A DNA stretch of 64,000 nt from an uncultured Acidobacteriota bacterium (GCA_963809485.1 CAWEJX010000007.1:480001-544000), one strand, 5' to 3'. Positions 28,932 through 38,783 are shown, counted from the first letter of the stretch. Translations and numbers: made by a program. The notes: generated by a model from the sequence alone, not told the origin.

Positions 28932-29747
28932 ATGCGAAGGGATGGATTTGTCCTCCGGCAGGCCCGGGGAATACCTGTATACAGCTGCTGTGCCTTTGAA
29001 AAGCTGGGAGGCCTTTGTCATGGCTTCTCCACGCGCAGGGACGGCGCACCCGCGCTTTCCGAATGCTCCCTGAACCTCGGCTATACTGCCTGGGACACGC
29101 CTGAGCGTGTGGATCAAAACCGTCGGCGGTTCCTGGATGCAATCCGTCTCGACGAAGCGCGCCTGGTTACCCTGCACCAGGTTCATTCCAATCGTGTGTA
29201 TATCATAAGGGATAATTCCGGCCAATGGAACCAGCCAGAAGCGGATGCGCTCATCACCGGCATGGAAGGCGTTGCCCTGGCGGTTCAAACCGCCGATTGC
29301 CTGCCGGTGCTGATCGCGGATCCTGTGACGGGGACCCTGGCGGCAGTCCATGCGGGCTGGAGAGGAACGCTGGCACACATTTTGCCGGGCACGGTCCATC
29401 AGATGAAGACAAGCTTCGGCGTCGATCCTGCCAATCTCCGGGTTGCTGTCGGACCCGGAATCCGAAGCTGCTGCTATGAAGTGGGACCGGAAGTGGCGGA
29501 GTTTTTCGACGAGGAATTCCCGGGAGCGAACCTAGTTGCGCCAGCACAGGCGCCGGGGAAATATCTACTGGATCTGTGCCGCGCCCTGGAAGTCGACGCG
29601 CACAGGGCGGGAATACGGCCGGAAAATTTTAATGATTCCTGCCTCTGCACCCGGTGCCGCAGCGACGAATTCTTCTCCTATCGCGCCGAGGGAGCCCGCG
29701 CCGGCCGGATGATGGCCGTCATCGGTCGAATTCCGCTCACACGGTGA
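28932..29747 (+). CDS. pgeF: peptidoglycan editing factor PgeF / YfiH family
   Basis: HGFSTR, QVHS, ADAL, TADCLPV, HAGWRG, GPGI..CCYEVG, FFSYR. Confidence 0.93.
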   Translation: MRRDGFVLRQARGIPVYSCCAFEKLGGLCHGFSTRRDGAPALSECSLNLGYTAWDTPERVDQNRRRFLDAIRLDEARLVTLHQVHSNRVYIIRDNSGQWNQPEADALITGMEGVALAVQTADCLPVLIADPVTGTLAAVHAGWRGTLAHILPGTVHQMKTSFGVDPANLRVAVGPGIRSCCYEVGPEVAEFFDEEFPGANLVAPAQAPGKYLLDLCRALEVDAHRAGIRPENFNDSCLCTRCRSDEFFSYRAEGARAGRMMAVIGRIPLTR

Positions 29748-29792
29748 CGCGGAGCTCACGGAGGACCTGCTCTGCCTCCGTGAACTCCGCGT
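29747..29792. repeat. tandem 9-mer palindrome (ACGCGGAG/CTCACGGAG ... CTCCGTGAA/CTCCGCGT)
   Basis: Inverted pair of tandem units directly after the pgeF stop. Confidence 0.7.
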
Positions 29793-29800
29793 TTCCCCAT

Positions 29801-30039
29801 TAATTACATTGGTAAACCTCCGGCTCTGCCGGGGGACTCAAAGAGTTTGACAGCTCCGTATTTTTAAACGCTGAGAAACGCTGATAAAAGCGCTGACAAA
29901 CGCCGATTTGTTCGGGGATCGGAAGCGCCTCATCGGCTTTTGCCCGCGTAAGTCAGCGTTCAAGACCGGCGTAACTCCTCGAACCGCTTTGAGCGGTTCA
30001 AATCTTTCAAGCCTCCGGCAAAGCCGGAGGTATCTGACT
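29801..30039 (+). mobile_element. non-autonomous IS200/IS605-ended element, copy 4
   Basis: TAATTACATTGGTAAACCTCCGGCTCTGCCGGGGG ... AAGCCTCCGGCAAAGCCGGAGGTATCTGACT. Confidence 0.8.
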
Positions 30040-30060
30040 TGTGAAATCCGTGGCGCAGCT

Positions 30061-31095
30061 CTATTCCGGCTCACGGCCCGCGAGCATGCCGCAGGCAGCC
30101 GAAATGTCGTTGCCTCGCGGGCGGCGGATGCTGACGGTGATATGGTGACCGGCCAGGATTTTTTCAAAAGCCAGCACGCGTTCCGGGCCGGGGGGATTCA
30201 CTGGAATCGTGGGGCCGGCATTGAGAGGGATAAGGTTGACCTTTTTCTTAAGGCCCTGGAGCAGGCGCGCCAGCCGGTGAGCATCCTCCGGCGAATCATT
30301 GATCCCGTCCATAAGGACATATTCGAACGTAATGCGCCTCCGCTGCTCCACAGGGAAGGAGCGGCAGGCGTCCAGCAGTGCTTCGATGTTCCACCTTTTG
30401 TTGGTGGGAACCAGCAGATCCCGCACAGCATCGGTGGTCGCATTGAGAGAAATGGCAAGGTTGGGGATGACCGGCTCCTGGGCAAGCCTTTTGATGCCGG
30501 GGACAACGCCTGACGTGGAGAGCGTCACGCGCCGGGGGGAGATCGACATTCCCCGGTCGTCGGTCATCAGGCGTACGGCTCTCATGACACTTTCATAGTT
30601 GTGCATTGGCTCGCCCATACCCATAATCACGACATTCAGGCGCTTGGAAACCGAACCCCGGTCGGCTTGCAGCGACAGCACCTGGCCGGCGATCTCTCCC
30701 GCAGACAAATTTCGTATCATGGGCAATTTGCCGGTGGCGCAGAACAGGCATCCGACAGCACAGCCGACCTGGGTCGAGATGCACAAAGTGTCTCGGCGCT
30801 CTTCCGGTATGAATACAGCTTCGACTTTTTGCCCTGGAGCCGGCTCAAACAGGTAGCGCCGGGTCCCATCGGAAGAAACAAAAACCCAGCGGACGGGCAT
30901 GTACTCGATGACAAACCGTTCTTTGAGCTTTTCGCGAAATTGCTTTCCGAGATCGGTGAACTGGTCCCAGGAACGGAGAAGGCGCCGGTAAATTCCCGCA
31001 TAAATCTGGTGCGCGCGGTATGCACTCTCGCCCATTTCCCGGACCCCCGCCTCGATTCCTTCCAGGGTCGCGCCGACCAGATTTGTGGTTCCCAT
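30061..31095 (-). CDS. rlmN: 23S rRNA A2503/tRNA A37 C2-methyltransferase RlmN
   Basis: CISTQVGCAVGCLFC, MGMGEP, STSG, ISLNA, VNLIP, AACG; start uncertain (31095-31107). Confidence 0.95.
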   Translation of the reverse strand: MGTTNLVGATLEGIEAGVREMGESAYRAHQIYAGIYRRLLRSWDQFTDLGKQFREKLKERFVIEYMPVRWVFVSSDGTRRYLFEPAPGQKVEAVFIPEERRDTLCISTQVGCAVGCLFCATGKLPMIRNLSAGEIAGQVLSLQADRGSVSKRLNVVIMGMGEPMHNYESVMRAVRLMTDDRGMSISPRRVTLSTSGVVPGIKRLAQEPVIPNLAISLNATTDAVRDLLVPTNKRWNIEALLDACRSFPVEQRRRITFEYVLMDGINDSPEDAHRLARLLQGLKKKVNLIPLNAGPTIPVNPPGPERVLAFEKILAGHHITVSIRRPRGNDISAACGMLAGREPE

Positions 31096-31256
31096 TCTTC
31101 CCATCATTCCTTGTTCATGCAACAATACCATTTTCCCCGCAATGCCCTCGAGTTTTTGAGCCATAATCGGGGACAGGGTGATTTTGGCCCTTTCGGGCCG
31201 GGGTCGCGGTGTGGTAGTAATACGGCGGAGGAAGTCCTCTGAATCCCAAAACCTGC

Positions 31257-32519
31257 ATGGATGTGCGTAAAAGGGTGATGAAAAACGGCCTCACCGTCGC
31301 CTCGGAGGTCATGCCCCATCTGCGCTCCGTGTCGCTTGGCGTCTGGGTGAAATGCGGTTCGCGATTCGAAAGGGACGGGAAGGCCGGCATCTCGCATTTT
31401 ATCGAGCACCTGCTTTTCAAAGGCACACGGAAACGCTCAGCTGCTGAAATCGCGGAAGCGATTGATTCCGTTGGCGGCCAGCTCGATGCTTTTACGGAAA
31501 AGGAGTATGTCGGGTATTATGCCAAAGTGCTTGACGAGCACCTTCCGTTTGCCTTCGATCTGCTTTCAGACATCGTTTTGAATCCGACATTCCCCGCCGC
31601 CGAAATGCAGCGCGAGCGCCGGGTGATTTTCGAAGAAATCAATATGGTCGAGGACTCTCCCCAGGATTTGATCCTGGACATGTATCAGCAGAATTTCTGG
31701 AAGGGACATCCCCTGGGCCGGCCCATATCGGGGACCAAACAGTCGGTCGGAAGAATAGGCCGGCGCGACGTAAGGGAGTTTTTCCGGGGCAACTACAACG
31801 CCAGCAACATGGTTATTGCGGTTGCGGGCAGCATTCGGCATCGGGAAGTTGCCGAACTGGCCGAACGCTATTTTTCATCCCTGGAGGCGGGCGTGGCTGC
31901 CGATCCCGGTCCGCCGCCAATTGCCCGTTCCGGCCGGGTCGTGCGCCGGAAGAGCAACCTGGAACAGACTCATATCTGCCTGGGAACCGTTTCGCCCGCG
32001 GTGACCTCCGAGGAGCGGTACTGCTCCCATCTGATGTGCTATATTCTGGGCGGCGGCGTCAGCTCCCGGCTTTTTCAGAATATCCGCGAAAAACGCGGTC
32101 TTGTGTATTCGATATATTCGACGTTGAATCTCTATCGGGATGCCGGGTCCCTGGTGGTTTACGCGGGGACGGCGCCCGACAAGGCGGCCCAGGTGGTGGA
32201 CCTGACGCTCATGGAATTCAGGAGACTTCGCGAGCAGCCGGTTCCCTCCCGGGAGCTGAGGAGGGCGAAGGAAAGCATCAAAGGCTCGGTGATGCTGAGC
32301 CTGGAAAGCTCCAGCAGCCGCATGACTCATCTCGCGCAACAGCTTATTTACCACGGGCGGTTTTGCAGCCTGGAGGAAATTCTGGAAGCGGTGGAGCGGA
32401 TCACGGCGCGCGATATCCTGAATCTCGCCAACAGGATTTTTGGCTCCTCGTGTCTGACCCTGACGGCTCTGGGCGGCCGGAACGGCCGGGATCTGCAAGC
32501 GATGACGATCGGTGTGTAA
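31257..32519 (+). CDS. M16 family zinc peptidase
   Basis: Inverted HxxEH (HFIEH) motif, SSRLFQ.IREKRGLVY. Confidence 0.95.
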   Translation: MDVRKRVMKNGLTVASEVMPHLRSVSLGVWVKCGSRFERDGKAGISHFIEHLLFKGTRKRSAAEIAEAIDSVGGQLDAFTEKEYVGYYAKVLDEHLPFAFDLLSDIVLNPTFPAAEMQRERRVIFEEINMVEDSPQDLILDMYQQNFWKGHPLGRPISGTKQSVGRIGRRDVREFFRGNYNASNMVIAVAGSIRHREVAELAERYFSSLEAGVAADPGPPPIARSGRVVRRKSNLEQTHICLGTVSPAVTSEERYCSHLMCYILGGGVSSRLFQNIREKRGLVYSIYSTLNLYRDAGSLVVYAGTAPDKAAQVVDLTLMEFRRLREQPVPSRELRRAKESIKGSVMLSLESSSSRMTHLAQQLIYHGRFCSLEEILEAVERITARDILNLANRIFGSSCLTLTALGGRNGRDLQAMTIGV

Positions 32520-32522
32520 TCC

Positions 32523-33308
32523 ATGGGACTGAGTTTCACTTTGCTGGGCAGCGGCAGTTCGGGCAACACCACTCTGGTGAGCGACGGGACAACGCACATC
32601 CTGGTGGACGTCGGATTGAGCGGGCGCGAGACGGCGCGGAGGCTCAGGGAGTGTGGGCTGGAGCCGGATAAGATCTCGGCTATCGTGATTTCCCACGAAC
32701 ACGGCGATCACTGCCGCGGGGTAGGGCCTTTTGCCAAAAATCTGGACATACCGGTTTTTATGACGGAAGCGGCTCTCGCCTGTTCCGGCCTGTCCCTGGA
32801 TTCGAGAAAATTTCAGCGGATCAGCTCCGGCGAAAGCTTCGACATAAACGGCATCCTTTTTACCGGCTTTTCGGTGCCCCATGATGCCATCGATCCGCTC
32901 GGTTTTGTGATTGAAAAGGACGGCGTCAAAATCGGCATCGTGCTGGATCTGGGCTACCTGTCCAACCTCGTCATCGAGCGCCTGAAGGGCTGCGACGGCA
33001 TCATCCTGGAATCCAACCATGATATGGAAATGCTCAAGGTAGGTCCTTATCCCTGGGCGCTCAAACAGCGGGTCATGAGCCGGCGCGGGCACCTTTCCAA
33101 CGAATCCGTGGCGCAGTACCTGGGCAACGACTTCGACGGCAAAGCCGAGCATGTGGTTTTGGCCCACCTCAGCAAGAACAACAACCTTCCCGAGCTGGCC
33201 CTTTTGTCAGCGCAAAGGGCGCTGGAGGCGCGAATGGATTCGCCGGTTGGCAGGACAAGGCTCGAGCTGGCCAGGCCCGATCAAATCAGCGTTACGTACC
33301 GCTATTGA
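32523..33308 (+). CDS. MBL-fold hydrolase (YycJ/WalJ-like)
   Basis: SGSSGN, SHEHGDH, VPHDA, ESNHD, GHLSN, LAHLS. Confidence 0.92.
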   Translation: MGLSFTLLGSGSSGNTTLVSDGTTHILVDVGLSGRETARRLRECGLEPDKISAIVISHEHGDHCRGVGPFAKNLDIPVFMTEAALACSGLSLDSRKFQRISSGESFDINGILFTGFSVPHDAIDPLGFVIEKDGVKIGIVLDLGYLSNLVIERLKGCDGIILESNHDMEMLKVGPYPWALKQRVMSRRGHLSNESVAQYLGNDFDGKAEHVVLAHLSKNNNLPELALLSAQRALEARMDSPVGRTRLELARPDQISVTYRY

Positions 33309-33386
33309 TGAATTGGGTCGAGGCTCCGTCCTTTGTCCATTGTGAGTTTGATGCATTAGTTAGTTACTGTTGCGAACATGGTTTGT

Positions 33387-33564
33387 GCCGCGTAGCGGCT
33401 ATATGATTTTAGCCCGGCCTTTTAAGGACGGGAACCATGGTGTTGCGAACAGCGCGTCGCGTAGCGACGCCTGAGATTCAACCGTCGCTACGCGACGGAA
33501 AACCTAACTCCTTTAAATCCAGGCCTTAAAAGGCCTGGCTAAATTCAGCTGGCCGCTACGCGGC
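33387..33564. repeat. REPIN-like nested palindromic element (CGTAG-type)
   Basis: Terminal IR GCCGCGTAGCGGC/GCCGCTACGCGGC, inner TTTAGCCCGGCCTTTTAAGG/CCTTAAAAGGCCTGGCTAAA and GTCGCGTAGCGAC/GTCGCTACGCGAC. Confidence 0.75.
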
Positions 33565-33741
33565 CGGGCTGCAATTTCCGGCTTCTGTGTAATATCAAGT
33601 ATCCTATGGATGTTATAAAATCCGGTTTCTTTGCAAAACCCGAGTTTCGCGACAGAAGCTAGTTAATGGAATTGGGAAACCTGGAGGTTTTTGAGCGCGG
33701 TTTTGTCCACCGCTCAAATAAACAAATGAGGACTGCATATC

Positions 33742-35040
33742 ATGATCGATCGGTACATGCCTGAGGATTTCACGAAAATCTGGTCGGAAGAAAATATGTA
33801 TCGCACCTGGCTTCGCGTGGAGCTGGAGGTATGCCGCGTCCTGGCCGAAAAAGGGTGGATTCCGGCGGAGTCCATGGAAGTCATTGAGAAGAAAGCGAAT
33901 TTTTCGGCGGCGCGGATCAAGGAAATCGAAAATGTGACTCATCACGACCTGATCGCCTTCACGACCAGCATTGCCGAATTTGTGGGGCCGGATTCCAGGT
34001 ACATCCACTGGGGACTAACATCCACCGATGTGATCGATACGGCCCGCGGCCTTCAGTTCAAGCAGGCGAGCGAGAAAATAGTCGCCGCCATGGACGAGCT
34101 TCGGAAAGCCATTGGGGACCGGTCGCAGGAGCACCGGAAAACTCTGATGATGGGACGGACGCATGGGGTGCATGCGGAGGTGACGACGTTCGGATTGAAG
34201 CTGGCGGTGTGGTACGACGAGATGCGCCGGAACCGCGAACGGATGCTGCGTGCGGCCGAGGCTGTCTGCGTGGGGAAGATCTCCGGCGCCGTGGGGACTT
34301 TTGCCCATCTGGATCCCGATGTGGAGGCGCAGGTTTGCGCGCGGCTGGGACTGAAAGCGGCTCCGGCATCCACTCAAACGCTTCAGAGGGACCGGCACGC
34401 AGAGTACCTTTGCACCATCGCCATTGTCGGCGCCTCCCTGGACAAATTCGCAACCGAAATACGCCATCTTCAGAGAACCGAAGTGCGGGAAGCGGAGGAA
34501 CCCTTTGCCGCAGGGCAGAAAGGATCTTCCGCAATGCCTCATAAGCGCAATCCGATCAAGTGCGAACAGGTGTCGGGATTGTCCCGTCTGCTGCGCGGGT
34601 ACGCCGTGACAGGGCTGGAAAATGTCGCGCTCTGGCATGAAAGGGATATCTCCCACTCATCGGCGGAAAGGGTGATCCTGCCGGATGCGACGGGCGTCCT
34701 CTGTTACCTTCTCCGTGCCATGACGAAAATCATCAGGAAGATGGTGGTGTATCCGGAGCGGATGCTCAAAAACATTGAACTGACCCGGGGTCTGGCATAC
34801 TCCGGCCAGCTGCTTCTGGATCTCACGCGCAAGGGTGTCGTCAGAGAGGACGCCTATCGCTGGATTCAGCGGTGCTCCATGCAGGTGTGGGACGAAGACA
34901 AGGATTTCCTGCAGGTTCTGGAGGCAGACCCTGACATTACAAAGGTCCTTTCCCGGGACGAAATCCGCTCGGTGGTGAATCCGGAGCTTCAGCTGCGCAA
35001 TGTCGACGCCATTTTCACGCGCGTCTTCGATCTCAAATAA
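33742..35040 (+). CDS. purB: adenylosuccinate lyase
   Basis: HWGLTSTD, GRTHGVHAE, GSSAMPHKRNP, HERDISHSS. Confidence 0.98.
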   Translation: MIDRYMPEDFTKIWSEENMYRTWLRVELEVCRVLAEKGWIPAESMEVIEKKANFSAARIKEIENVTHHDLIAFTTSIAEFVGPDSRYIHWGLTSTDVIDTARGLQFKQASEKIVAAMDELRKAIGDRSQEHRKTLMMGRTHGVHAEVTTFGLKLAVWYDEMRRNRERMLRAAEAVCVGKISGAVGTFAHLDPDVEAQVCARLGLKAAPASTQTLQRDRHAEYLCTIAIVGASLDKFATEIRHLQRTEVREAEEPFAAGQKGSSAMPHKRNPIKCEQVSGLSRLLRGYAVTGLENVALWHERDISHSSAERVILPDATGVLCYLLRAMTKIIRKMVVYPERMLKNIELTRGLAYSGQLLLDLTRKGVVREDAYRWIQRCSMQVWDEDKDFLQVLEADPDITKVLSRDEIRSVVNPELQLRNVDAIFTRVFDLK

Positions 35041-35065
35041 TCGCGGCCTTCCTGCCGAATTTTTT

Positions 35066-35216
35066 GTGAGGACGGTCTCTCCAGATCCGTCCTCACTTAA
35101 TCAAAATCAAATGCTGATGGAATAATATTTATTATTATTTTTTCAGCGTATGTCGGCGTTTATCGGCGTTCGTCCGCGTTAAAAGTCATGTACGAGTCTC
35201 CAGAGACCGTTCTCAC
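35066..35216. repeat. composite palindromic element with GTGAGGACGG-type ends and internal TCAGCGT/TCGGCGT units
   Basis: GTGAGGACGGTCTCT...CCGTCCTCAC hairpin plus distal AGAGACCGTTCTCAC; between convergent purB and hutU. Confidence 0.6.
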
Positions 35217-35242
35217 CGGAATCCGGACTGGAAGCGCGGGGG

Positions 35243-36898
35243 CTACGGCATGGGGATCGTGATTCCGCGGGCGCGGGCAAATTCCTGCGCTTCGGCATAG
35301 CCGGCATCCGCGTGACGCACCACACCGATCCCCGGATCATTGGTCAGGACGCGCTCAATCCTTCGGTTCATCTCTTCCGTCCCGTCCGCAACCGTGACCT
35401 GGCCCGCATGCAGGGAGTAGCCGATCCCCACGCCGCCCCCATGATGGAAGGAAACCCAGGATGCCCCGCTGGCGGTATTCAACAGGGCATTCAGGATGGG
35501 CCAGTCCGCAACGGCGTCCGAAGTGTCTTTCATTCCTTCGGTCTCCCGGTAGGGAGAGGCGACCGACCCGCAGTCCAGGTGATCCCGCCCCATAACGACC
35601 GGGGCCTTGATTTTTCCGCGCGCGACCAGGTCGTTCAGACGCAGGCCGAAGGCCGCTCTTTCTCCATAGCCGAGCCAGCAGATGCGTGCCGGCAGGCCCT
35701 GAAACCGGATCTTCTCCCTGGCCATCCGGATCCATTCACAGAGGCTTTCGTTCGCGGGAAACATTTCCAGAACCAGATCGTCGGTGAGAGCGATGTCTCG
35801 GGGATCTCCGGATAGCGCGGCCCAGCGGAACGGCCCGCGGCCCTCGCAGAACAGGGGCCTTATATAGGCCGGGACAAAGCCCGGAAAATCAAGCGCATTC
35901 ACGACGCCGGCCTTCAAAGCCTGCCCGCGAATATTGTTCCCGTAATCGAATGTCACTGCGCCGCGCGACTGCAACTCGAGCATCGCCCGGACATGGGTGG
36001 CGATGGAGTCCATGCTCCGCCGCAGATACTCATCCGGATCTTCCCGCCGCAGTCTCGCAGCCTCTTCCAGGGAAATGGCGGCGGGGATATAGCCATTCAA
36101 GGGATCGTGGGCGCTGGTCTGATCGGTCAGGATGTCCGGCGTGAATCCGCGCCGCAAAAGCTCAGGAAGCACATCGGCGCAGTTCCCGACCAGCCCGACC
36201 GACAAGGCTTCGCCTTTTCGCGCCGCGCCTTCGACCAGCGCGAGGGCTTCGTCCAGATCCTGGGACATTTTGTCACAGTAGCCTGTTCTGAGGCGCTTCC
36301 GGATCCGCTCCGGATCCACCTCGATGCCCAGAAACGCGGCGCCGGCCATGGCAGCTGCCAGAGGCTGCGCCCCTCCCATGCCGCCGAGCCCGCCCGACAC
36401 GAGAATCCTGCCTCTCAGGCTGCCTCCAAAATGATGGCGGGCGACCGATGAAAATGTTTCATAGGTGCCCTGGATGATTCCCTGGCTGCCTATATAAATC
36501 CAGCTCCCCGCCGTCATCTGGCCGTACATCATCAATCCCAGAGCCTCCAGACGGCGAAATTCCTCCCAGTTGGCCCAGTGGCCGACTAGATTCGAATTCG
36601 CGATCAGAATTCTCGGTGAATATTCATGCGTACGGAAAACCCCCGCCGGTTTGCCGGACTGGATCAAAAGAGTTTCATCGTTATTGAGGGCGCGAAGAGA
36701 CCGGACGATGGCGTGGTAGCAGTCCCAGTTCCGCGCGGCCCTGCCGCTGCCGCCGTATACAACCAGATCGTCGGGACGCTCCGCAACGTTTTCATCCAGG
36801 TTATTCATCAGCATGCGCAGCGCCGCCTCCTGGGGCCAGCCCTTGCAGCTGATCCCAGGGCCGACCGGCGCATGGATTTTTTGATGGATTCCCGACAT
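35243..36898 (-). CDS. hutU: urocanate hydratase
   Basis: [53 protein letters not shown]. Confidence 0.98.
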   Translation of the reverse strand: MSGIHQKIHAPVGPGISCKGWPQEAALRMLMNNLDENVAERPDDLVVYGGSGRAARNWDCYHAIVRSLRALNNDETLLIQSGKPAGVFRTHEYSPRILIANSNLVGHWANWEEFRRLEALGLMMYGQMTAGSWIYIGSQGIIQGTYETFSSVARHHFGGSLRGRILVSGGLGGMGGAQPLAAAMAGAAFLGIEVDPERIRKRLRTGYCDKMSQDLDEALALVEGAARKGEALSVGLVGNCADVLPELLRRGFTPDILTDQTSAHDPLNGYIPAAISLEEAARLRREDPDEYLRRSMDSIATHVRAMLELQSRGAVTFDYGNNIRGQALKAGVVNALDFPGFVPAYIRPLFCEGRGPFRWAALSGDPRDIALTDDLVLEMFPANESLCEWIRMAREKIRFQGLPARICWLGYGERAAFGLRLNDLVARGKIKAPVVMGRDHLDCGSVASPYRETEGMKDTSDAVADWPILNALLNTASGASWVSFHHGGGVGIGYSLHAGQVTVADGTEEMNRRIERVLTNDPGIGVVRHADAGYAEAQEFARARGITIPMP

Positions 36899-37288
36899 AA
36901 TAAACTCCCGTAAAAAGTTCGGCTTGACGCTTTCCGTGAATTATGTCCCTATTGGACGGCAGAAGCCAGGATTCGGAAGCCGGAATCGCCGGGAAGGATC
37001 GCTCTGGGATTCCCGGCCTGCTGAAGCCCGGAAGCCCAATCCGCTCAGTTTGGCGATCCGAAAGCCGGAAAGGTTCCATTTGTTGAGGCCTTCAAAGACA
37101 CCGGGATTCGGCTCTGATATAATCGGATTCCGGGCCAGCCGCTGAAGGAGGTGGCCACAGACAGGAGGAATCCCAGCCTTTTGGAGCGCCGGCTAAAACC
37201 CTGGGCCGGCAGAATACGGGTTAAGAAAAGGAATTATATATTTTTCAGGGTGTGTTGACGTTCCTTTGGAACAAATGCTGGAGAGATT

Positions 37289-38665
37289 ATGACGACATTA
37301 ATTAAGAATGGTACCATCATCACGGCCACGGATACCTACAAAGCGGATATCCTGGTGAAGAATGGGATCATTTCCGAAGTCGGGCGGGAAATTTCAAAGA
37401 TAGCCAGCGAGATCATAGATGCGACGGATAAATGGGTTTTGCCCGGCGCCATTGATGTGCATACCCATATCGACACCCAGGCCGACGGAATGACAACCGT
37501 CGATGATTTTGAGACGGGAACGGCTGCTGCCGCGGCTGGCGGAACCACCACAATCATAGATTATGCCGAGCAGGCCCCGGGCGCCACTCTTGCCCAGACG
37601 CTCGAAGACTGGAAATCGAAAGCGGCGCCGCGGTCCATCGTGGATTACGGATTTCACCTCGCTCTGAGTGAAGTAAACGAAAACGTGCTGGCGGAGATTC
37701 CCGCCATGGTGGATGCAGGCGTGAGCAGTTTCCAGGTAAACCTGGACCGCCACGGCGACCGTCACATCAATGACGCGCAATTGCTGGAGTTCCTGCAGCG
37801 CACCGGCGGCGCCGGCGCGCTGCCGTGCGTGCATGCCGAAAACGGGGAAATTATCGATCTTTACCTGCGGCGCCTGCTCGCAGAGGGCAAAACTTCGCCC
37901 AGATACATAACCGCTGCGCGCCCTCCCGAGGTGGAAGCCCAGTCGACGGCCCGCGCCATCAGTATGGCGGACATGGCGAAATCCCCGATGTACCTGACCA
38001 GTCTCTCTTCCGCGCATGCGATCGAAAAGGTCAAGATAGCCAGAGACCGCGGCCAGTTGGTCTTTACGGAAACCTGCTCCCACTATCTGGTGATGCCGTG
38101 CGAGCGGTATGACGAGCCGGAAGGAATCAAGTATTCCTGCTCGCCTCCCCTCAGGCCTTCCTGGCATGCGGATGTGCTCTGGAAAGCGATTGCGAGCGGC
38201 GACATTCACGCCATTGGGAGCGGTCACTGGGCATTCAACTACGCGGGACAGAAGGACCTGGGCAAGGAAAACTTCACTCAGGCGCCGTACGGCTTTCCCG
38301 GAATTCAGGAGCGCCTGTCCGTGTTGTGCTCGGCCGGCGTTCACGGCGGGAGGATTTCGGCGAATCGGCTGGTCGACCTGATATGCACGTCCCCGGCCAA
38401 GCTGTTCGGCATTTTCCCGCGCAAGGGGACCCTGGCGGTCGGGAGCGACGCGGACATGGTCGTCTTCGATCCCAAGGTGGAAACGGTGCTTTCGAAAGCC
38501 CTGAGCCTTTCCCGCTCGGACTACACGCCTTACGAAGGGATGAGAGTGCGCGGCGCCACTTGGCTTGTGCTCCAGCGCGGAAGAGTCATTGCCCGCGAGA
38601 GCAGGGTCATGGGACGCCCGGGAAGCGGCGAATTCCTGCCTCGGGCCCGGTTCAGCATGCCCTAG
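37289..38665 (+). CDS. dihydropyrimidinase/hydantoinase homologue with degenerate active site (pseudoenzyme candidate)
   Basis: IDVHTH, AGGTTTIID, VHAENG, KGTLAVGSDADMV retained; SFK>SFQ, VVH>LTS and TDH/SDH>SGH substitutions. Confidence 0.88.
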   Translation: MTTLIKNGTIITATDTYKADILVKNGIISEVGREISKIASEIIDATDKWVLPGAIDVHTHIDTQADGMTTVDDFETGTAAAAAGGTTTIIDYAEQAPGATLAQTLEDWKSKAAPRSIVDYGFHLALSEVNENVLAEIPAMVDAGVSSFQVNLDRHGDRHINDAQLLEFLQRTGGAGALPCVHAENGEIIDLYLRRLLAEGKTSPRYITAARPPEVEAQSTARAISMADMAKSPMYLTSLSSAHAIEKVKIARDRGQLVFTETCSHYLVMPCERYDEPEGIKYSCSPPLRPSWHADVLWKAIASGDIHAIGSGHWAFNYAGQKDLGKENFTQAPYGFPGIQERLSVLCSAGVHGGRISANRLVDLICTSPAKLFGIFPRKGTLAVGSDADMVVFDPKVETVLSKALSLSRSDYTPYEGMRVRGATWLVLQRGRVIARESRVMGRPGSGEFLPRARFSMP

Positions 38666-38783
38666 GCGATGCTGCGCCGGAACGGAGACGGAGGAGCGAG
38701 GTTCCGGCCTATTCGGTTTTGGACTGCCGCGATCGGTTCGCTGCGTTGTTGAACCTGGTGCGGTGTGCTATGGTGCTACTCTG

